A stretch of DNA of 64,000 nucleotides, taken from Lama glama. Taxonomy: Eukaryota. The stretch covers positions 33,358,001 to 33,422,000 of the forward strand of contig CM052816.1 of assembly GCA_028534125.1 (NCBI GenBank), in the 5' to 3' direction. The position numbers were made by a program, and so were the translations under genes. Below, piece by piece: positions 49,170-61,640 of this stretch; the stretch's first letter is position 1, and each line of letters starts with the position of its first letter. The notes under the pieces are model-generated. The model was not told the origin of the DNA. It saw nothing but the letters and a program-made list of their open reading frames with translations, and made no database searches.

Positions 49170-49600
49170 TCTGTATTGTGAATTGTTTTAAATACATACC
49201 AAGTAGGCAAAATACTATGAACTATCCAATGTAACTGTTTCACAGTTCCAGCACTAATTAATTCATGGCCAGTGTTGTTTTATCTAGTCAATTAATTACT
49301 GCCCCTCCCCCTCCTTATTTATTGTTTTGAGGCAAATATCAGACATCATATAATTTAACTCATAAATATTTAGGGAGGTATCTCTAAAAGACAAAGGATT
49401 TTTAAAAATCATAACTACAATGTCATTATCACACCTATAAATTACAACACTTCCTTAATATTTTCAAATATGCACTGTTTCAAATTTCCAATTGTCTTGG
49501 ATACGCTAAAATTTGTCTGCTTGAATCATTATCCAAATAAGGTCCATACAATGGTTGGTTGATATGTCTCATTTTCTTTTACTTGTAACTCCGCTCTCCT
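49170..49600 (-). mobile_element. L1MC4/5-like 3' end
   Basis: gcaaatatcagacatcatataattt...tatctctaaaagacaaagga...cataactacaatgtcattatcacacct...atccaaataaggtccataca. Confidence 0.7.
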
Positions 49601-49828
49601 ATTCCTTTGCTCTCTCTCTCTCATTTGGTTTTCTTTTCCAAATAAATGACTTGCTCTTTTTGTATGGGTGTGGACAAGGAATTTCTCTTTGAAGTTAAAG
49701 TATTTCCTTTTTTTTTTTTTGATTTCAGGTTTTTCAGAATTATTACGCTTTGTATTTGTTTTCTTCCATTGCCTTAGTTTTCTTCTTGGCGGTATGCAAT
49801 TATACACATGGTAGAGTTTTTCTACTTT

Positions 49829-51116
49829 GTAGTCACAAATAAACAGAGTAAGAAGTTAAAGAGAAGAAACAACAACTGACAAAACAGAGATACAAAAAAT
49901 CGTAAGAAGATACTATGAACAGTTATATGCCAACAAATTGAACAATGTAGAAGAAATGGAAAAATTTCTAGAAACATACCACCTCCTAAGACTGAATGAA
50001 GAAGAAATAGATAATCTGCACAGTCCAATCACTAGTAGTGAAAGTGAATTTGTAATTTAAAAAACTTCCAGCAAACAAAAGTCCAGGACCAGATGGCTTC
50101 ACACGGGAATTCTACCAAACATATAAAGAAGAGCTCATATCCTTCTTAAACTATTTAAAAAAATTAAAGAGGATGGAACACTCCCAAATTCATTACACAA
50201 GGACACCATTAACCTGATAACAAAATTAGACAAAGATACTACAAAAAAAATAAAATTACAGGCCAATATCTCTGGTGAATATAGATGCAAAGATCCTCAA
50301 CAAAATATTAGCAAATTCACCCTAACAATACATAAAAAGGATCACACATCATGATCAAGTTGGATTTATTCCAGGGTCACAAGGATGGTTCAACATACAA
50401 ATCAATCAATGTGATAAACCACATTAACAAAAAGAAAGATAAAGAGCACATAATCATTTCAATAAAAGCAGAAAAAGCAGCTGACAAAATTCAACATCAA
50501 TTCATGAAAAAAAACTTTCATCAAAGTGGGTATAGAGGAAACATCTCAAAATATCTGCAAATGATACGACCAATAAGGTGTTAATATCCACAATATATAT
50601 ACAGCTCATACAACTCAATATCAAAAAACCCCAAACAATCCAATTAAAAAATGGGTGGGAGACCCAGACATTTTTCCAAAAAGACAGACAATGGCACATG
50701 TAAAGATGCTCAAAATCATTAATTATCAGAGAAATGCAATCAAAATCACAATGAGGTATCACCTCATGCCTGTCAGAATGGCTATCAACAAAAGACCACA
50801 GATAAATGTTGGCAAGGATGTGGAGAAAAAGGAACCCTTGTACACTGTTGGTGGAAATGTAAATTGATGCAGCCACTGTGTAAAAGAAAACTAAAGGTTC
50901 AAAAACTAAAGGTTTTTTGAGTTTCCTCAAAAAAACTAAAGACAGAACTACCATATGATCCAGCAATTCCACTCCTGGGTATATATCCAAAAAAAATGAA
51001 AACACTAATTAGAAAAGATATATGTACACTCAGTGTTCATACAAGCATTACTTACAACAGCCAAGATATAGAAGCAACCAAGTGTCCATCAACAGTTGAA
51101 TGGATAAAGAAGATAT

Positions 51117-51154
<38 letters not shown>

Positions 51155-51610
51155 ACACACCTATACAGAATGGGATACTACCCAGCCATTAAAAAGAATG
51201 AAATTCTGCCACTGTAACAATGTGGGTGGATTGAGAATATTATGCTTAGTGAAATAAGTCAGACAGCGAAAGACAAATACTCCATGTTATCACTTATACA
51301 TGGAATTAAAAAAATAAAATAAACAAATGTATATAACAAAACAGAAATAGACTCACAGATATAGAGAACAAACTAGTGGTTACCAGTGAAGAGATGGAAG
51401 AGGGGAGGGGCAAAATAGGGTTAGGGGATTAAGAGATATAAGCTACTATGTATAAAGTATATAAGCAACAAGGATATATTGTAGAGCAAAGGGAAATAGA
51501 GCCACAATTTTACAATAATTTTAAATGGAGTTTAATCGATAAAAATATTTAATCACTGTTGTACATATGAAACTAATATATATTATTAATCAGTCATACT
51601 TCAATAAAAC
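49829..51610 (+). mobile_element. 5'-truncated L1 with an internal ORF2 deletion and complete 3' UTR
   Basis: ORF2 sequence (tactatgaacagttatatgccaacaaattg...gtccaggaccagatggcttcac...ggccaatatctctggtgaatatagatgcaaa), then 3' UTR to tcaataaaa. 12-bp TSD tttttctacttt at 49817-49828 and 51611-51622. Confidence 0.93.
51123..51150 (+). repeat. (TG)14 microsatellite inside L1
   Basis: Direct reading. Confidence 0.95.
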
Positions 51611-53223
51611 TTTTTCTACTTTTGATTTATATTGTTTTTCTTTAATTTTCTTAATTTTAGTTTTATTTTGCAATATTAATTTATAATTTCATCTATTTTG
51701 TAGGCATATCCTCCTGACATGCTTTCACTGCCTAAAGGAACCTTATTTTGCTCCTTATTTTCTGTTCTCTTATAATCATTTTGTATTGGAATTAACTGAG
51801 CTGCCTTTCTGCTATTTATTTTTAAGCAAAATTTGTTTTCTTTACTTTGACAGAGTGATGGGTCAAGATATCTTTTCTAATTTCATGGCTCTCGACTTTC
51901 TGGTTATTTTCATGAAGCATTCAAAAATAGGACCTCATACTTTCTAAGATTTCTCTTCTCCTTCACCTGGGACTTCATTTCCTTGCCTCTACCAACTCTA
52001 CTCTGATTATGAGAGTCTCTTTCCAGCAGTTACTACTCAATATGGGGCTTTTTCCCAAAGAGTCCTCAGACATTAGTTCCAAGAGTTCACAGGGACTTGA
52101 TTGCATTAATTTCTTCAAAGCTTACTATAGGTGCAGCCCTTGCACTTCTCAGAAATTTGGATAGCAAAAAGCCCTTGGCTTTCTTCTTATATTGGCCCAT
52201 TCTGCTTCCCAGTGATTCAAGTGTTCCTCTGTTCTTAGGTCCATCACATACCCTCTTGCTTCCTTTGCTTCTTCTCACATAGATGCTAATACACATGATT
52301 CGTGCATTTGTCATTAGTTTGTTCTCAATCACTTGTATTTTAGCTTCATGAGGATACCCTATCGCCTGGTTTTGTTACAGATAATGTCAGTGATGTTTTG
52401 GTTTTTCTGTTCTAGTTTCTCTGTCTATTCTTATGGGGATGGTTGGGAAGATTGAAAAACTACTTGTGATTTCTATCTTCCCAGAATTTCAAAATAAAAC
52501 ACCTTTTTGATAGCTCTGTAGATTATCAACTTGCATAAGATGTTTTCAGCTGACAGAAAGTTTGTGGTAAAAATATGCTTGAAAAAGGTCAATTCAAAAT
52601 ACAAAAGACACAAAACCTCAACAATTTTTGTAATTTTGCATTGAAATTTTTCTTAGATGGTTAATACCTCAAATAGCATACTTATTTTTCAGAAAGTATC
52701 TTTTAAAAACAATGTTGTGGCAAGAAGTTGTTAGTTCTCAAAGTAGCTGTTGTTAAAAGTTGAATTAAAATTTTTTTTCAAACTAGGGGATGGAGGACAA
52801 GGAAAAGCAGAAAATAACAGATCTCACAAAAATAAAAAAATGTATCATAAGGTATCTCAATTGCTGTAATTATTAAAATTCAGAAAAAGTGTATTACTGA
52901 AAACATTTCAAATTTTTCCTCCATTCAATTATTTAGAACATTGTCAAGAAACACAAACTCATAATATTTTCAAAGGATGAAAGATGGAATATTCCTCTTC
53001 ACCTTTTTATTTATTAGATACCTGTTATGCACCAGGGTCAAATAAAATGTGAAAATAGATTATAATATTCAGGGGGTTATTATTAATTGGTTCTTGAAAA
53101 TCAATTTTCATATGGTATTTCCTTACAAGAACACAAATTTTTCAAATTCATGATTAAGTTACGTTATCTACTTAGTAAAACTTTAATTGAAATAATTTCT
53201 TGAACTATACTTTCTGAACATTT

Positions 53224-53716
53224 TATTTTTTCCTATCTTTTATTTTTCATTTTTAATTTTTAAATTGAAGTATAGTTGATTTACAATGTTGTATTAGTTT
53301 CAGGTGTATAACAAAGTGATTTAATGATACATATATATATAAATATATTCTTTTTCAGATTCTTTTCCATTATAGGTTATTACAAGATGTTGAATATAGT
53401 CCCCTGTGTTATACAGTAGGCCTTTGTTGGTTATCTATTTTATTGTGTACAGTAGTTTGTATCTGTTAATCCCAAACTCCTAATTTACCCCTCCCCCCAC
53501 TTTCCACTTTGGTAATCATAAATTTGTTTTCTATGTCTGTGAGTCTGTTTCTGTTTTGTAAATAAGTTCATGTGTATCATTTTTAAAATTCCATGGATAA
53601 GCAATATCATATGATATTTGTCTTTCTCTGACTTCACCTAGTATGATATCTCTAGTTCCATCCATGTTGTTGCAAATGGCATTATTGCATTCTTTTTTAC
53701 AGCTGAGTAGTATTCC

Positions 53717-53755
<39 letters not shown>

Positions 53756-54909
53756 ATACATATATATACACACATATATACATATGTATATATGTACACC
53801 ACATCTTGTTTATCCACTCATTTGTCAGTGGACATTTAGGTTGCTTCCATTGCTTGGTTATTGTAAATAGTGCTGCTATAAACACTGGGGTTCATATATC
53901 GTCTTGAATTAGAGTTTTCTCTGGATATATCCCCAGAGTGGGATTGCTGGATCACATTGTAACTCTACTTTTGGTTTTTTAAGGAACCTTTATACTGTTC
54001 TTCACAGTGGCTGCACCAATTTACATTCCCACCAACAGTGTAGGAGGGTTCCTATTTTTCTACATCTTCTCCAACATTCATTATTTGTAGATTTTTTTAA
54101 TGATGGCCATTCTGACTGGTGTGAGAGGATACCTCATTGTAGTTTTGATTTACATTTCTTTAACAGTTAATGTTGCTGAACATCTTTTCATGTGCCTATT
54201 GGCCATCTGCATGACTTCCTGGGAGAAATGTCTATTTAGACCTTCTGCTGACTCTTTGGTTGGGTTATTTTTTATTTGTTTGTTTGCTTTTTAATTGAGC
54301 TGTTTGTATATTTTGGAAATTAATTCTTTGTTGGTTGCATCATTTGCAAATATTTTCTCCCATTCCATAGGCTGTCTTTTCATTTTGTTTATGGTTTCCT
54401 TTGCTGTGCAAAAGCTTTTAAGTTTAATTAGGTCCCACTTATTTATTTTTGTTTTTATTTCCATTACTCTAGGAGACAAAAAAAAAAGCACTGCTGCAAT
54501 TTATGTTAATGAGTGTTCTGTCTCTGTTTTTCTCTAGGAATTTTATAGTATCTCTTCTTACCTTTAGGTCTTTAATCCATTTTAAGTTTATTTTTGTATA
54601 TGGTGTTAGATATTGTTCTAATTTCATTCTTTTACATGTAACTGTCCAGTTTTCTCAGCACCAGTTATTGAAAAGACTGTCTTTTCTCCACTGTACATTC
54701 TCGCCGCCTTTGTCACAAATTAACTGACCATAAAAAAATATTTCTGGACTTCCTATCCTGTTCCATTGATCTATATGTCTGGGTTTTTTTTTTTTACCAG
54801 TACCATGCTGTTTTGATTACTATAGCTTTGTAGTATAGTCTGAGTCAGGGAGTATAATTCCTCCAGCTCTGTTCTTTTTTCTCAAGATTGTTTTGGCTAT
54901 TTGGGGTCC
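53224..54909 (-). mobile_element. 5'-truncated L1 (about 1.7 kb: ORF2 C-terminus plus 3' UTR)
   Basis: T-rich tail, then aattgaagtatagttgatttacaatg. ORF 54291-54491 reads [38 protein letters not shown] (L1 ORF2p). Degenerate TSD. Confidence 0.93.
53719..53797 (+). repeat. (TG)17 plus a TA/CA-rich compound microsatellite inside L1
   Basis: Direct reading. Confidence 0.95.
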
Positions 54910-55799
54910 TTCCAAACCTTTAAAAATGAAGTTTGAGAAAAGTGGAAAAGAAGGATTATTATGTCAGAGTAGGTTGAGAACTTTGGCCACATTACATCAG
55001 CCTCTGCATTTCTCTCTAAATGTGGATTTCATGGTACATCTAATGACCAACATGAATGTAATTAGTGTGTCCTCTATGTGCTGCACCTGCAGACTCAACA
55101 GCTTGGTTTTTTTCTAGTCTTGTTAAAGGAGGGGTGCTGTCACAAAGATGATGGAAAAGAATGGCTGATAATTAACTTTCTTTCCATCTCCATTCTCCCC
55201 AGAAGAGGATAAAATCAATAACTTTCTGGCCTGCAAAAAAAGTGTGGATTTTCCTATAGTTACTCACCAAGACTATAGTTACTCACCAAGCTTTACCACA
55301 ACAGCTTTGTGCTACCCCTCCATGGGGTGATACTTACGGCATAGTCTATGCCAGAAGTACTCCTCAGGGTTGTAAGAATCAACTTTCACAACCATGTGCA
55401 GTCTCCCTGATAAGAAACCCTCCTTGTCTGTTAAGCACACATTTGTTCTTAGGAGCATCCCCATTGTTTAGAAAGGCAGTGCTTCACCCACTGGCATTTC
55501 CTCTCTACACTTTATTATGAATCCTCAAGCTCTGCCCTAAATGTGGTGTTTATGCAATTTCATTTGGATATAATTTAGGGTTAAGTACCTGTGTTCAGAA
55601 CATGTCCTTTGGTGAATGTCTAGGGGCTGGCTGGATGGAGGAGTAAATTTTCTTAGGGCTGTTTTCAGATAGGATAGAGGGAAGAAGAGTAGGTGTAAAA
55701 AGAATAGTTAATGGAAATTTCACTAATTTTCCACAATATATGTTAAATTAGTAAAATATTTCATCTAATTAATGAAGAGGATGCATTCTATAGATATAT

Positions 55800-56090
55800 C
55801 ATTCCTTTGCTTATTCAGTAAATATTATGGAATGACTATTATGTGCTTAGCACTCAGTAGAGAACCAGACATGGCCTCTGCACTCATGGGGTTTCTCTTG
55901 GTATAAGTAGACAGACAACGACCAACACAGTTGCTAAATACTGTGACAGAGGTATTAGAAAATGGTCTGGGAGCTCCTAGAAGATGCAGGTAATCTATTC
56001 TGGAGGCCATGCAGGGTAGGAAAAGGATTCCAGAGATAGCACAAAGCTAAAGGGTGTATAGAAGGTTTCTAGCTGCAGGGAGGGTGGGAG
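55800..56090 (-). mobile_element. L2 3' portion
   Basis: ttattcagtaaatattatggaatgactattatgtgcttagcact...cagacatggcctctgcactcatggg. Confidence 0.7.
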
Positions 56091-59000
56091 CTGGGGATGG
56101 GATAAGTGTAGAGGAGTAACACAGGACTGGAGAGGAGGGACACTAAGAAAAAGGACTAAGACTACAGTGAGAATTGGATCATGAGGATGGTATAATGATA
56201 TCCACTCAGTATTTCTAACTTCCTAATGTGAGCCAGGTACTTGCTGGATATAATAAAGAATAAGTTTGGGTCCTGGCTCAGATAAAGACCATAGATAAAA
56301 GAGAAATTACAAAAAAAAAAACCATCACTATAGATATAATACATATTATACTAGGGTTTATACAGCCAAGGAATTTATTAATTCTGTTGTCAGAAACATT
56401 TCTAGAGTACATACGTGGGGTAGGAGCATAAATGCAGGTGCCTTCTCCACCTCATCTGTGTGTGTGAACTCTGTATATCATAGGTTGGTCCTACCATCAC
56501 AACTCAACTGTCTCTCTTCCAGGCTTCTTCTGCTATAAGGAATTTTGTTCTCAGTTGACTTGTTCCTCAGACTGTCATAAGGATAGGTTGCTGAAACTGA
56601 GGCATTCAATTTTCAAATATTGTATAAGTTGAGGTAACACCCAAACTATCCATGACCAACTGGGAAGAGTAATAGCAGGATAAATGCAGGTTTATCACTT
56701 AGAGTTAAGATTGTAAGTGAAGATATTAGTGACCAAATAAAGGAAAATGAAATCTTACAATCTTTTCCTCTCCATATATGTAGCATGATTACAGTTGATG
56801 TATTTGGCTAAAACATTCTGCAGAGTATTATGGCAAAATTGTTGGCCTTCTCACTCGTTAATTGGCTGATCACCCATGGAGTTTAGCTCCAAGTCTTGTT
56901 CATAGTAGGTGGTCAATAAATATCTGTGGAATCAATACTAATTGCTAAGTGAATGAATGTCAGAAAAATTTCAGACTGTGGACATCTGGACAACTCCTTT
57001 GCCTGTGCTCCTTATCATGGGGAACAAAAAGTACTGGACTGGGAAGTGATGCTCACTTGTTACAAGTACACTGGCCATGGAGTCAGAGGGAGAACAGCTA
57101 TATACATGCTTCCCAAAGCAAAATGCAATAGGTAGAAATATTATTGCTGGCCTTAGGGATAAGCTGAGAGTTACGTAGTTTCTAGATATTATTGTAATAA
57201 TTTGAATCTTTTCAGAAACTAATTTTGAACAAAAAGTAATTCAAATTCAGCAAAATATAGTGTTTGTTTCATATACCAAATATTAATTCCAACATAAAAT
57301 TTAGCTGGAATTTCAAAAAAATTGCCATTGAAATGAAATTGAACCATATATATACAGTCAAGAGTTTATAGCTTTATACAAAATATACTAGTGTCTTCAA
57401 TTTTTAGAAGAAATGAGATATTTAATCATTGTAGGGATTTTAGGGCTGTGAAATAGGAGGATAATTTTGGTTGATATCTTTGTTTTTCGTATTTAAACAT
57501 ACTTATTGCTAGATTTCTCTTCAGATTTAGTAAACTAATTTCCTTTTCATACTTTGTAAAATAAGAAGGTAGTTAGAATGCTACCCACATCTTAAGATCA
57601 TTTTCAAAGGCCCAGGGTTGTGTAGTTTGCAGCTATTCTGCACAATTTCCTATCATTCCATTGTAATCTGGGCTAGAAGACTCAGTGCTAAAAATAAAAT
57701 CTCTCCTAGGACTTTAATTACAACTGACCCAAAAGGCTGCTCTGAGGTCCCAGTTCCTACAGGTCCTTCAGTCACTAACAGGCCTAGACTTTATCTGGAA
57801 TCTGGGGAGGAAGTGTAATGGGGTGTGTTTCCCTTGGCTCGCAGGCTGTGATTCTCCAGCCTCAATGCACCTTCTCACTCCAAGACCATGCCTTTTACTT
57901 CCACTGTTTGCTATGTTGGCCCACATGTTCCTTTTCCCCAGAGTTGGGACTGTTTTTCTTCTCATCATTTTAAAATTGTAGGATGAGAAAACACAGGCGA
58001 TGACTATTTCTCTCCATGGATCTGTTTTAAAATATGACTTTTGTACATTTGCTTCTGTCACCTTAATTGCTGCAAATTGAATTGAGCTCGTCTCCAGTCC
58101 AGCAGTTAGCACAGGCAATGCAGCTGAAAAGCTCTAATCTGATTATATCCTGAAGCCCTCAGACTTCCTGGCACAAAGATTAGGAGCCCTACTACTTTCC
58201 CCACCAATGACAGCATTTTTCTCAAATGGAGATGGTATTACATGACCATCGGTTTATATGAGAAAGACATTGGTCTGGTGAGAATGTATACAGAAGGATC
58301 GAATGACATAGGACAAAGAACACGAGTTTCAGGAACCAAGTCTTAAGGGCTGCCAGCACATTATTATGCTGATGCATACAAAATTTTATTTAAACTAATT
58401 CTGCTGTACCCTGTGTAAATCCACCACTCTTTTATAAGTGTCATTCACTACTTTTTCTTATTTCATTGACGGCATTTTGGTCAGTAATGGTGCTTTTTCT
58501 AAGAACTCTCCCAAAGAGTGTTAAATTCATATGCTTAAAAAAATAATTTCAAAGGGTACTACTAGCACCTGTTAAATTTGAAAGCTCAGGATAGAGTGAG
58601 GGAATTGCAGATCAATGTCGGTGCTGAGTCGACAGTGTAGGAGAAAGGGGAGGCCAAATCCAATTGTAGACCTGGGAATGGGCCAAAGGGATTCCTCATC
58701 CAAATTCTCTCATACTATAAATGAAAAGCCTGATCCACAGATGTTATATAAATCGCCCAAGAGCACAGAGTTTATTGAATCATTCAACAAATATCTAGCA
58801 ACTGCTTGCTTTCTGCCTAGAACAGCTTCTAAGATGGACATTAAGAAACACAAATTAACCCCCACCAATGTGCTCTGCCTTGACATCACTCTGCACTTTT
58901 TCTACCCTGGACCTGCTAATTTCTTATTTCCCGTTTAAGATTCAGCTTAAAAGGCCCTATTAGACCCCTGAAGGCATTTTTGACTTAGAAGACCCCTTTA

Positions 59001-59914
59001 TTTTGTGCCCATTGTACTGTTTATGCCCTAATTACAGCATTTATCATCCCCACATGAATCCTTATAGCCAAATGTGTGACCAAATTTGAGCAAAAGTAAA
59101 GTATTTTATGATATGTTTTTCGTGTACTACTGATTCTTATCTTTATTTCTTTAGTCCCTTGTCCTCTTTTATTTTTTTATCTTGTGATATTATGGTTTTC
59201 TCTGTAAGCTCTAATACACTTTTTTTGGGAGGTGATAGCATTAAAAACAATATTTGGGTCTATATCACACTTTTACTTACCCTCTTCTAAACCATGAGCT
59301 CTGTAAGGGTGAAAACAATGTTCTTTGGTTAACATGGTGGTGAGAAGAGAAGAAAGTGGGCACTGAATCTGGAATGGCAGAGTGAGGCCAGACTATAAAT
59401 GGTTCTGATTGCCATGACTGGAAGAACTGACTTGAAACTTTTTCTAACATAAACAAATCCTTTCATGTGGCTCTAGATCTTACTCCCTCTGTGTCTTCTC
59501 TGCGATGTTGTTCCAAATAAAAGTCCCTCTCACACAGATCTCTCCTGCTCCCCCATCTTGTGGGCTCCTTCCCAACAGCAAGGTAAGATGTTGCCAATAT
59601 GCCAGCTTAAAATAATAAATCAGACTTCATTTATCCTGTGTTTCCTTTTACAACCTCATCTTTCTTCTTCTCCCTATAGCCAAGCTTCTGCAAAAAGCAG
59701 ACTATAACCATACTCCAAATCAAACTATATGTTTTCTTCATATGTAGCCAGATAAAGCTACATAAAGAGATGTATTTAAAATATTCATGGTTGAAAAACA
59801 ACTATATATATATTAATGTTAAATTTAAGCCAACCCTCAAGCAGAACAAAGTATTACATTTCTAATCTGATGTTTCATTTTTAAGTATTAAGAGCATTGA
59901 CATTTGCTTACATA

Positions 59915-60200
59915 GCAGCAGAATGACATGGTAGAAAAATTTCATGTGCTTTGAAATTGGACATACTTGAGTCCAATTTCATTTAATTATTGTTGCTGCT
60001 GTTATTATTATTAGATCCAATATAAGCTGAGTGACTTAATGGTAGTTTATGGATCACTCTGATTCTTAGTTATCTAGTCTATAAAAATGTATCTATCCAT
60101 CAAGGTTACCTGTATATGTGACGATTAAATGAGATCATGATTAGCAAAATGTCCTGCGCTGCCAGGATCCCAAAAGGCATTCAAAAATGGCCCTCATTAT
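59915..60200 (+). mobile_element. Diverged MIR
   Basis: gctttgaaattggacatacttgagtccaat...ctataaaaatg...gattaaatgagatcatg. Confidence 0.6.
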
Positions 60201-60869
60201 GGTGACTAATTATTCTTTTAGACAATTAGATGATATAGATCTTCCTTTAGAAAATTATATTAATGACTAATTTTTAACACAACACTCTTGATAAATTTCA
60301 GATGTGTTCTGAGCTTAGTAAACCAGAATACCAATCATGATACACCTCCATGGAGACTGGAGAAAAGCCCTATGTTCTACTTCTAGAATCTTCTTTTAAT
60401 GACAGTGTCCTGAAAATTCCATTTATTTCCACCAAGAGTAAGACTCAGAAATGTTGAAGGAGAAATGACTTTTAGGAGTGATATACCAGGGCTTTGTCAG
60501 ATAATTAATGGACTAAATGCATAATCCCTAAACATACCCACTATCTCTCTTGCATATTCATAACTTACTACAGTTTTAAGAGAGTATTTTTGGTTTTAGA
60601 AAATAAAAAAAATTTGCAGTCAGATAGAAACCATTTTCAAGCATGACTTTATGACTTAGCAACTTCTTCAGTTTATGATCTTGAAAAAATGGGGATAATA
60701 ATGTCTCAAAAAAATTGAAGGGTGATTGAGCAGGTTACTACACATGTAGTTTTGCAGAAGATCAGCCAATACATCAGGGATTCTCCATAAACATAATAAA
60801 CAATAGTTTATCCTCTTGAAAATGATTTGAAAGGGACTAACTGAATTTAATATGAAAGACAGTGAGGCC

Positions 60870-61050
60870 ATATGAAGAAGGGCTGGACCAGAGACAGTCT
60901 GTCTGGGCTGTCTAATTTGGGAAGCTCATTTACCTTGACTTATTCTGTTTCCACATCTGCATAGCAGGGACAATGCTTTTCATTCTGCTTGCCCCAAAGG
61001 GTTGACATAAAAGAGGAAAATACACTAGTGTCTGTAAAAGAGCTTTTAAA
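60870..61050 (+). mobile_element. Diverged MIR
   Basis: ttctgtttccacatctgcatagcagggacaat...ccaaagggttg...tgtaaaagagctttta. Confidence 0.55.
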
Positions 61051-61059
61051 ACCATATGT

Positions 61060-61640
61060 ACTGAATTTTTGCTCTTAGCAATGGGTAGATAAGCCTCTAG
61101 GCAAAAACAATGAAAACAAACTAAAATGTGTTTAAAAGTATGTTTGAAGACATCAGAGAGTTACCAAGGAAGTGAACTCTTCATGAGCCAACATTCAGAG
61201 AGAAGAAAAACCCAGAGAAGCAAACCTGACATCTGATGCCTCTGCTCTCTCTTTAAAGAGAATTCTAAACCAGCAGCTGACAAGCCATCTCACAGGGTGG
61301 AGGGAAAAGAAGTTGGCACTTAGGGTCTGTCAAGGAATGGGGGCCTGGAAAAATCCCCTGGCTTCAATTGGGACCCTTAAAGAGCAAAACTCTATCAGTA
61401 TGAGTTGACAAGAAATAGATCTGCCTTCAGGAAGTCCAGCTTTAGATCAGGCAATATCTGATCAGATTAAAGTGATCTGTTCCTTACCTTAACTGCCTGC
61501 TGGAGCAAAATAAAATCTTTTCCCTTGGAAGGCAACAACATTTAAAGCCTCAAATTCTAAAGCCTTTTATACATAATGTTTGGCATTTGAACAACATAAT
61601 CTGGAAAGCACAACAAAAAATAAGAATTAAAAAATCCACA
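61060..61640 (+). mobile_element. Probable old L1M(E) 5'-end fragment
   Basis: tttgaagacatcagagagttaccaagg...cagagagaagaaaaacccagagaag...taactgcctgctggagcaaaataaaat resembles L1ME 5' ends. Confidence 0.5.

Noticed and set aside
50351..54727. ORFs in the two larger L1 copies as an active retrotransposon
   Set aside because: Both copies are 5'-truncated, with stops and frameshifts, and one lacks the RT core.
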